A stretch of DNA of 60,024 bases, taken from positions 1 through 60,024 of the forward strand of contig JAVEBF010000009.1 in NCBI GenBank assembly GCA_051941275.1. The letters run 5' to 3'. Source of the stretch: Dirinaria sp. TL-2023a. Lineage: Eukaryota. The position numbers and the translations under genes were made by a program. Below the pieces are notes generated by a model. That model saw only the letters and a program-made list of their open reading frames with translations, was not told where the DNA came from and ran no database searches. Below, one piece after another: positions 52,080 through 60,024 of the stretch (positions are counted from its first letter, which is position 1; every line of letters begins with the position of its first letter).

Positions 52080-54317
52080 ATGTCAAGGAGAAAAAGACAG
52101 CGGCTCACGATTGATGGCCCAGATTTCGTCACACTGTCTGAACCTGCGGAGGCCCAAATAGAGCCTTCAATTGTATCAGAAAGAACGCGGAAGCCGAACG
52201 CCACGTCGAAAACGCTGTTCGTGCATTCTCTGGGGGTTGACACAACCACAAAGACTCTGACTGAGCACTTCTCTCAGCGTTATCCTCTGAAACATGCTAC
52301 TGTGGTGATAGACCCTGTCACAAAGAAAAGCAAGGGTTATGGATTTGTCACTTTCGCCGATGCTGATGACGCTCGAGATGCAAAAGACTCATTGAAAGCC
52401 TCAATAATTGACGATAGGGAGATCAAGCTTGATTTGGCAGAGGCAAGGCACCGGCGATTGGGAGACCACACTGGCACGCTAAATGATGGCGGTTCCATTT
52501 CCAAGACTTCGCAAGATCGGCAGAAGATAGGATTCCAAAACCCTACAAAGCTTATCATCAGGAATCTACCATGGTCTGTGAATAATTCAAACAAGCTAGC
52601 AAACTTGTTTAAAATCTACGGAAAGATTAAGTTTGCTACTATTCCTAAGAAGCGCTCTGGGCTCTCTGCCGGCTTCGGGTTTGTGACCTTTCGTAGTAGA
52701 AAAAATGCGGAAAAGGCCTTACAGCAGGTTAATGGGAAGGAGACTGAAGGGAGGACATTGGCTGTCGACTGGGCTGTGGAGAAAAATGCATGGAACATAT
52801 TGCAGCATCAGCAGATCCCTGAAGTGGGCAGCGCCGGCACTTCTGTAGCAGAAAGCGATAATGCGGAAGATCTCAGTGTTGCATCGAGAGGCAGTCAAAA
52901 CTCGGTCACATCAAGCGACAGTATATCTGATCTTTACAAGGAGCGCCTGGATAGACAGTACTCAATTGGGCAGCATTCCACTTTCGGAGCTGAAGCGCTT
53001 TCCTTCCTCGACGATACGAAGATTGAAAATGCTGACGGCCGCAAAGCCTGTGACAACTCGTCAACTCTGTTTATCCGGAATGTACCATTTAGTGCCACTG
53101 ATGCGGTTTTGCAAGGTCATTTCTCCTCATTTGGTCCTGTACGCTATGCACGAGTTGTGCTAGACTCAGCAACTGGCAGGTCTAGAGGGAGTGCATTCGT
53201 AGCTTTTTATAAGTCTCCCGACGCCGACATCTGTCTTCGTGGTTCTCCTAGGGTTTCGGCGTCTGGCAATGGGAATGCCACTTCCAAAACTAAACCTTCG
53301 ATTCTTGAGGACAGTCAGCTGGATCCAGGAGGCCGATACACTCTGGAAGGACGTGTGCTTTCGGTGTCTCGAGCTGTGGATCGAAGCGAGGCTCATCGGC
53401 TTATGATGGTGGGAAGCTTACTACGCGAAGAACGAGAGAATGACAAACGGCATTTGTATCTGTTGTCTGAAGGAACTGTGTCACCTGAAACCGCACTCTA
53501 CAACAAGTTATCTCCAATGGAACGTAAGTTGAGGGAAGACAGCGCGCAGCAAAGACAGGCGTTGATTAAGAGTAATCCCACTCTGCACGTAAGCTTGACC
53601 CGACTGAGCGTCCGCAACCTTCCTCGAACTGTGACCTCAAAGGACTTGAAGGGAGTAGCGAGGAAGGCAGTCGTAGGTTTCGCTGAAGATGTCAAAGCTG
53701 GCAAGCGGCAACAACTCTCAAAAGAGGAGCTTGCTCGAGGCGGCGAGGCATCGAGGCTTGCTGAAAAGGCCAGAAAAGCGAAAGGGAAGGGAATAGTCAG
53801 GCAAGCAAAAATTGTGTTCGAAGGGGTAGAGGGCAGCAAAGTCCAAGAGAGCAGTGGAGCAGGGAGGAGTAGGGGTTATGGCTTCGTCGAATACACCTCT
53901 CATCGATGGGCGCTCATGGGCCTTCGTTGGCTGAATGGACATATCTTCAACTCCCAGAACCCTGGGCAGGGCTCTCAAGAACAGAAGAAGCGACTTGTCG
54001 TCGAGTTTGCCATCGAAAACGCCCAAGTGGTTGCTCGAAGGCAGGACAGAGAAGCCAAAGCTCAGAATACTCCGGAATTTCCCGAAGGGAACGGAAAGCA
54101 CCCAAGGTCACCTGTGCATGCATCAAAAAACGCTAAGAGACTAAATGTAGCTGCAGGTTGGAAAGAAAGGCAGGTTCCCGTGGCAAAAGCCCATCAAAGC
54201 TTTCCCAACCATACTGGCCCGGGCCGCAGCAACGCTCTGTATTCTCATGAGCTCACCAAGCGGCAGCATGTCATCGGAAGAAAGCGAATGATGCGGAAGG
54301 CTAGAAAACGAGAGTAG
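52080..54317 (+). CDS. NOP4: Nucleolar four-RRM ribosome biogenesis protein Nop4/RBM28, intronless
   Basis: RNP motifs KSKGYGFVTF, KLIIRNLPW, TLFIRNVPF..RGSAFVAF, RLSVRNLP..RSRGYGFVEY; RLVVEFAIEN. Confidence 0.93.
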   Translation: MSRRKRQRLTIDGPDFVTLSEPAEAQIEPSIVSERTRKPNATSKTLFVHSLGVDTTTKTLTEHFSQRYPLKHATVVIDPVTKKSKGYGFVTFADADDARDAKDSLKASIIDDREIKLDLAEARHRRLGDHTGTLNDGGSISKTSQDRQKIGFQNPTKLIIRNLPWSVNNSNKLANLFKIYGKIKFATIPKKRSGLSAGFGFVTFRSRKNAEKALQQVNGKETEGRTLAVDWAVEKNAWNILQHQQIPEVGSAGTSVAESDNAEDLSVASRGSQNSVTSSDSISDLYKERLDRQYSIGQHSTFGAEALSFLDDTKIENADGRKACDNSSTLFIRNVPFSATDAVLQGHFSSFGPVRYARVVLDSATGRSRGSAFVAFYKSPDADICLRGSPRVSASGNGNATSKTKPSILEDSQLDPGGRYTLEGRVLSVSRAVDRSEAHRLMMVGSLLREERENDKRHLYLLSEGTVSPETALYNKLSPMERKLREDSAQQRQALIKSNPTLHVSLTRLSVRNLPRTVTSKDLKGVARKAVVGFAEDVKAGKRQQLSKEELARGGEASRLAEKARKAKGKGIVRQAKIVFEGVEGSKVQESSGAGRSRGYGFVEYTSHRWALMGLRWLNGHIFNSQNPGQGSQEQKKRLVVEFAIENAQVVARRQDREAKAQNTPEFPEGNGKHPRSPVHASKNAKRLNVAAGWKERQVPVAKAHQSFPNHTGPGRSNALYSHELTKRQHVIGRKRMMRKARKRE

Positions 54318-55011
54318 CTGGATAACAGCTGCAGCAGCTGTTCCGATCATCTTAATCTCACCCCTCGATAAGAGCGAAGAACAAAGGCATTACCGCCAAA
54401 CAATCCCACAATATGCTTAAGATGATAGCCTTTTCTCTTTTCTGCAGAGAGAGAGCAGTGACTCAAGGGTCTCCTAAATCCCAGCTATGCGAACAAGACC
54501 CCATCCTTGTCTCTTTGTCAGTGCGTGACCATGAGGTACGGAGATATCAATTTGGCCTTCTGCGTGCTTAGCGTGCATCTGCTTCCTGATCGAAACGGTA
54601 TTCATCTCGCTTCGCCGCATTCTTTTCGTCATTCCGCAGTGTTCTCTAGCCATTTTGCGGGCGGTTGGACTTGTCCCGCTGTGCTCCTATTGCTTTCGCC
54701 TTGCATTTCTGAGGGGATTTGGTCTATGCACCAAAGACAAGAAATGGCATAGCCAGCCTACGGCAGTGAGGACTCGTAAGATATATAATCAGACTCTCAA
54801 TCTAAAATTCGGTCCATCCCAAGAAGAGTGGCATTCGAGGTTATATTTTCGCAAATTGAGGGCCTGGAAGAGCTTTGTTAATCGAAAAATCATTTGTTCT
54901 CGTCTCTGTCCCTCATAGTGTGGTCCTTGGATCGGGCATCTGTTGTACGCCTTGCCGAACGTTACTCTACGATGAAGCGGTCAGGCTGACCTCGATCATA
55001 GATCAAGCACC

Positions 55012-55242
55012 ATGTGTTACTTCGAACTGGTAACCTACCATTGCCAGCATCAGGTTCACCGCCGCTGCTCATACTGCCACTTCGCCCGCAATGACCCTTG
55101 CCACGCGTGCTTTGGGGTCAAAGTGCTGAAGCGAACGGCTTACGTACCCGAGGAGTGCGATGCTTGCTTACGGCAACGAGAAAGACAACAACAACAACAG
55201 AAGCAACAGCAAGGGTCTATTTCCGTCCACCGGCAACGCTAA
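55012..55242 (+). CDS. Small Cys/His-rich putative zinc-binding protein (76 aa)
   Basis: Good start context (caccATG); MC-x8-CxH-x5-CxxCH-x6-CHxC-x15-CxxC followed by a Gln-rich tail. Confidence 0.7.
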   Translation: MCYFELVTYHCQHQVHRRCSYCHFARNDPCHACFGVKVLKRTAYVPEECDACLRQRERQQQQQKQQQGSISVHRQR

Positions 55243-55990
55243 TCTTCGATGACGCGGGCGGTCTCGGGTTTTAGAGAAGGGCTGATGACGCCGAGATTAA
55301 CTCCTTGGAGGAATATCAAGAAACTACACATGCGAGTCTTGAGAACGGTACTTTCTGGCTCATCAAAAACCAGGGGCGGAGGGCAGGCTTGTTAAGTACA
55401 TGGGGTGGTGCTTGAACTTGGCCTGAGGATGTATTGATGTGCGGTTCCCTCTGCATTGGCTTTGAGCAATCTCGTTATCGCGAATTCAAAACTCTTCATA
55501 GCATATTGCTCTCCACAACAGCATATTCTCAAGATGTGAGTACAAGTGGTGAGTACAAGTGAATTAAGATGCAATAGGCACTAGAATTTGCACACGGCTT
55601 TTGTCCGGTAAATTCAATGATGATTGCGTATTCCATCTACGCGAGCGATCGACGATTTGCAGAAACGCTGGGCGGCTGCATGGAAAACAACCTACGCCCG
55701 TGAGACTTGTGAATAACTATCCCACAGCGACCCATTTTCAGTATTTGAGATCTCCGTACTATCATGGGTCCCAGATTGACGATGGACAGTGTGATGTTCG
55801 GCATGGCTGCATCTTTGTGGGAGCGCAGAGACGGGTTTGTGCTCAGTCTAAAGATGGAAAAGAGATCTCGAGATACTTGGCAACTGCACCTCGGATAGTT
55901 GAATATCAACCGCCTGCGTGCATAATGAAATTAAGGTTATGGCCACCGGAGAATTGATACACGAATCAATCCATGCCGCCCTTCATCATT

Positions 55991-56505
55991 TCATGGCCCT
56001 TGCACCTTCCCTACGACGTTGTATCGCTTGCTGAAGAACGTAAACCACTCGTTAAGGACGGTCTTCTCCTTATCTCCCAGGTCATCATACTCGGGTCTAC
56101 AATCCTCGAGCTTGAGAGAGGATTGAGCAAGGGCGCGAGAGGCATCTTTGCCAGCAAAGACTACAAAGATATTGATGCAGAGATTAGTCTGATCGAGAGG
56201 TCGGATGATCACAGCTGGTTTAGTGAGGGGCTCACCGTGATACGCGCCTTTTGGGCCATAAGCATCATTGCCGGAGACATCAAAGACGGTGCCCTTGATA
56301 GCTACATAGGTAGGGTGATCTGAACTGGTGCCTGGGGAAAGTTTGATATGTCAGACCTGAATGTTGCCGGTGCCATTGCATGTGTCATACCATCACACTG
56401 AGCCAGGTCTGTGAGGCTGATCGGGTCGTCCTTAGGAGGATTGAGGTTGGGCGGATTGCGGGGCGCGAAATTCTTTGGTTCCGGCTCGTGGTGGGCTTCA
56501 GCCAT
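55991..56505 (-). CDS. Cytochrome b5-like heme/steroid-binding protein (MAPR, Dap1/PGRMC family), 3 exons
   Basis: ISLTDLAQCD / G..TYVAIKGTVFDVS..YGPKGAYH / VFAGKDASRALA..LNEWFTFFSKRYNVVGKV. Confidence 0.92.
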
Positions 56506-58037
56506 GACAAATTTGAGATGTCAGATATCAGCTGTGATGGTGTTGATAGGCGTGAAGAAACTACAGGTTCGCTAAATGGCAGGAGATGAGATGAGTCGTA
56601 GTCTGAGATGTGACACGAGGTTGTTTACCGGGAACCCTGTATAAATGCGCTACCTCGGAAAAGCAGTGCTAGTACCTGCCTAAGGTAGTAGCATTTACGG
56701 AGTACTACCGAGGTGCTGTACTGGGTAAGGTAGGTAGTTTTCGCTACCCCCGAGGACTCCGAGTCACTAAGTAAATACCGGGGGTGGGGGTCGAATGGGC
56801 GGGGGTCGAGCATGGACATAACTAAGGGTACTGAGGTAGCCACTTTCTAGTGTGCTGCGCATGAGTCAAAGAGTCATTCATCATATTGTTTTGTTACCAA
56901 ATCGCACAAGCTCCACCAGCGGTCATCGGCATTTGCGCATCGGTGCAACCGTAGCCGATATTGTATACCAAGGACTTCTCCATCTTCAGCTAGAGTATGC
57001 TAGGTATCTCGAGCGTGAAAATACATTGCTTGACGATAAAACTCTGTAAATACACGCCTCAATTGAGTTAAATTAGTCTGATCGCGTCGAGTCGATACTC
57101 GATTCAAAATTCGATGAATCGAGAATTTCGAGTCAATTCGATCTCAAAATATTGACCCGAATAAACGAGTCGATTTTTAAATATAAGATCGAGCATTCGA
57201 TTCGATTTCTAATTTTGAAATCGAGTATCGTATCGAAGTATCGACTCGAATCGAAAATAAACTGATATGAAAAAAGAGACAATCGTCTGAAAAATGATCT
57301 AATGAGCATAATATAATGATAATAAGATGAATGATCCTCTAGTCAGATCTCTCTGAGCGAGTTTATATACTCGCTCAGAGCTAAACTAGTTTTTATCAAA
57401 CTAGTCGTCGTACTAATTCTAATTAATAAATTATTTATCTTTATATCGTCTAATTTTTATCAATTGATAGCATCAATAAACGTCGACGCTCTCGTCGAGA
57501 TATTTTTCGTGATACTCGTTGATCGTCAGTGTCATGATACTTTGACTATTACGGTCTAGTGACTTATTACGTGAGATGGGTGAAAGCTTTTTCCAAAGTT
57601 CTCTGAGATTAGTAAAACTCAAACGAGTACTCGAAAACTTTTATATAGTTTGATGTTATCGCTTTATTAACGCTACGTAAATTTTAGTACGATATACTCG
57701 CAATACTGTCAAGTGATTGCGAGATCGTATAAAATAAAAAGATCATTCTCATCTCGAGAACTTGAGTTTCTCAGTAATTAGTTTTGATAATAATAAATTT
57801 CTTGTTTCTCATACTGTTGCACATTGTCACATAATTTAATTAATATTTGATTTTTATAAAAAACTTTTTATTAGTATAACAATTCTAATTACTTTTTTTC
57901 TAAAAGTGATAATTCGTATACAGTATAATAAAAACAACTTAACAAAAACGTGTCGCGTCGCGATTTATAAATGTGCGCGATCTAAGTGATGAATTAAACG
58001 AGAATCAACAACATAAAAATGTTTTAAACGAGATAAT

Positions 58038-58262
58038 TGTTACGAGCATGCACCTGGTATACTACCTGGGGCAACACCTCCCAGGGTTCTCAGGGGTAAT
58101 GCGCTAACCCGATCGGGGTGTTTACCCGACACCCGCACACACGCATATATACCCGGGACTCCCTATTGTATCTAGTTTTCCTTCTTCTTCTTCTTTCCTT
58201 CCTTAGTGATAATATCTTAGTTAACTATACCTGCATTGACTTGCTCTGCACCGGTCCTAACA
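58038..58262 (+). mobile_element. LTR family A, copy 1 (225 bp)
   Basis: TGTTA...TAACA termini; homologous inverted copy at 58697-58910. Confidence 0.88.
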
Positions 58263-58375
58263 TGATTAGATAGATTTCTCAATGATAAAAGTTCCGGCAT
58301 GACCAAAAGACTAACTAAATCAAGTCAAAGAACTTGATGCCTATCTTACTACTTAGGTGTTCCAGGGTCGTAACA
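58263..58375 (-). mobile_element. LTR family B, 5' part (its 3' tail lies at 58911-58932)
   Basis: Reverse complement aligns to 59188-59298 with 10 transitions and one small indel. Confidence 0.85.
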
Positions 58376-58696
58376 GCAGCAACATTTGTCACATTTTCAT
58401 CGACGTCATCAGTTTTCAGAACGTGAGTTACAGTGACGACGAACGTAGCAGCGACGTCGTCGACATCTAAACTCTTTATCAACAAAATTACAGAGATTGT
58501 AGTTCGTCTGAACGATAACAATGCGAAACAAAAGCTCAGAAATCAAAGCGCGCAGCAAATTGTAAACAAAATCAATGCGAGCATCGAGCAAAACGATTTC
58601 ACGACAAAAACTATTAAAGCGATTAAAAAATTACTCAATGACGACATCGTCATTCACACGATTGACAAAAAAAAAACAACAACGAAATTTAAAAAC
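58376..58696 (+). pseudogene. Degraded fragment resembling LINE (Tad1-like) ORF1/gag
   Basis: EIVVRL..QQIVNKIN..IKAIKKLLNDDIVIHT resembles a mutated KLPSGDI-type motif; no CC or GG in 58381-58700. Confidence 0.5.
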
Positions 58697-58910
58697 TATT
58701 AGAACCGGTGCAGAGCAAGTCAATGCAGATATAGTTAACTAAGATATTATCACTAAGGAAGGAAAGAAGAAGAAGAGAAGCTAGATACAATGGGGGTCCC
58801 AGATATATACGCGTGCGGGTGTCGCGTACCCCGATCAGGTTAGAGCATTATCCCTGAGAACCATGAGAGGTATTGCCCCAGGTAGTATACCTAGGTGCAT
58901 GCTCGTAACA
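58697..58910 (-). mobile_element. LTR family A, copy 2 (inverted)
   Basis: Reverse complement TGTTACGAGCATGCACC...CCGGTTCTAATA aligns end to end with 58038-58262. Confidence 0.88.
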
Positions 58911-59187
58911 AATCAAGGTTGAGTCTTTGACATTAAATCAAGTCAACACGATCGCAAGATTCTGAGTTCGAATCTCAGCTCGAACGTTTGAAAAGTTATT
59001 TTTCGACGAGATCTATCGACTGAGAGTTTATCTAAACTCGAGACGACTACTTGTTTCGATAAACGTGCATTGATTTCTGAGCGTTATGAGTCACTCTGAT
59101 TAGCTAGCATTCTTTACAGAATCTTGAATCTTCTTACTTCTCTCAACGCTAGCTTCGAAACGAAACTAAATCGAGAGATCGAGATAA

Positions 59188-59315
59188 TGTTACGATTCTG
59201 AAACATAAGTAATAAGATAGACATTAAGTTCTTTGACTTGATTTAGTTAGTCTTTTGGTCATGCCGGGACTTTTACCATTGGGAAATCTATCTAACCAAG
59301 ATTGGATCTTTGACA
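59188..59315 (+). mobile_element. LTR family B, probable solo LTR (128 bp)
   Basis: TGTTA...TGACA termini flanked by GATAA / GATAG, a possible 5-bp TSD with one transition. Confidence 0.75.
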
Positions 59316-59320
59316 GATAG

Positions 59321-59758
59321 ATCTTATCTCTCTCTTTTAACTAAGATGTCATTTTTCTCTTCTTGTTTAAATATAAGAATCATCGATTCTATATCTTAAC
59401 AATATTTTCGTGTATTTTTTTAAATATTTCGATTCTCTTTTTCGTCGCATTCGCAAACACATTTGTTTTTTGATGTTCGAATAAGTTTGATTCTCTGTCA
59501 TAATTCGTAAAGAATGAAGTCGTTTTCGTAATATCGAAGTGCTTTGAGTTTAGTATCAATTGTGTCATAAACAACAATGATACTCAATTACTATGTGTAC
59601 TGTTGACATAGTGTCGTAAATACTGTTTCAAACTCTGATTCGTTCTTTTTGTTTGTTTATCGATCTCTGAGTGATATGTCGTTGACAATCGAAGTTTCGT
59701 TCTCAATAATAATATAAAAGTTCTTTAATAATTTGAACAAAATAATTTGTCTCGATCG
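59321..59758 (-). pseudogene. Degraded Ty3/Gypsy integrase fragment
   Basis: DRDKLF.SNY, LSTTYH, NQSLKQYLRHYVN..N*VSLLFMTQLILN, SFFTNY, L.ERDKIYL, with stops and a frameshift. Confidence 0.85.
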
Positions 59759-60024
59759 TGTTACGAGTCTGGTTCTCACTGTTGTTACTCGGGTCATTTT
59801 CTACAAGGTTTTTGTGTGTGGTGTTGAGTTTTGACCTGATCGGGGCTAGCGCATCCGAAGTGGTGATCGATTCGACCGATCAGGGTTCAACGCTCACACA
59901 TTCATATTATGCCCGATTCTAGTTCATAGATTTTTTTTCTTCTTCATGCTTTGTGTATTTAGTTGATAGTATCTGCATAGATTATATCTTCTGCATCGAT
60001 CCTGATATTACACAAAGTATCAAA
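59759..60024 (+). mobile_element. Probable third LTR (family C) interrupting the integrase remnant
   Basis: Begins TGTTACGAG like families A and B, with a composition shift; right end not established. Confidence 0.45.

Larger units (their letters stand above)
57070..60024. mobile_element. AT-rich nest of mutationally degraded transposons
   Basis: Abrupt drop in GC, strong depletion of CC/GG dinucleotides outside the LTRs, several LTRs and stop-riddled TE coding remnants. Confidence 0.92.

Noticed and set aside
57550..57585. TA-CGGTCTAGTGACTTATTACGTGAGATGGG as a Tc1/mariner-pogo TIR
   Set aside because: No partner inverted repeat found in the window, so it cannot be supported.

Overview
Gene-dense segment of a filamentous ascomycete (Pezizomycotina) chromosome; a lichen-forming Lecanoromycete is plausible but only an inference. 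Positions 1 to ~57 kb hold about 22 mostly intron-containing genes: VSB1-like SulP/STAS/cNMP transporter, PSF1, a MATA_HMG-box factor, RXT2, OPI3, RML2, EMC5, LSM8, HpcH aldolase, glutaredoxin-like, an uncharacterised helical protein, a head-to-head Zn2Cys6 pair, ASNSD1-like, VPS9, a DHA1 MFS pump, MSH5, EFB1 (hosting the snR18/U18 snoRNA), a bZIP, NOP4, a small Cys/His protein and a cytochrome-b5-like MAPR protein. From ~57.05 kb the window is an AT-rich nest of degraded transposons. Most notable: (1) repeat decay dominated by CpC->TpC transitions rather than the canonical CpA->TpA of RIP, (2) an intronic rRNA-target mimic able to sequester the snR18 guide in cis, (3) an LTR-mediated inversion readable from a split target-site duplication, (4) shared and clustered cis-motifs, and (5) a long, highly structured intron in the MFS gene. 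Exon boundaries were read by eye and no database searches were run.
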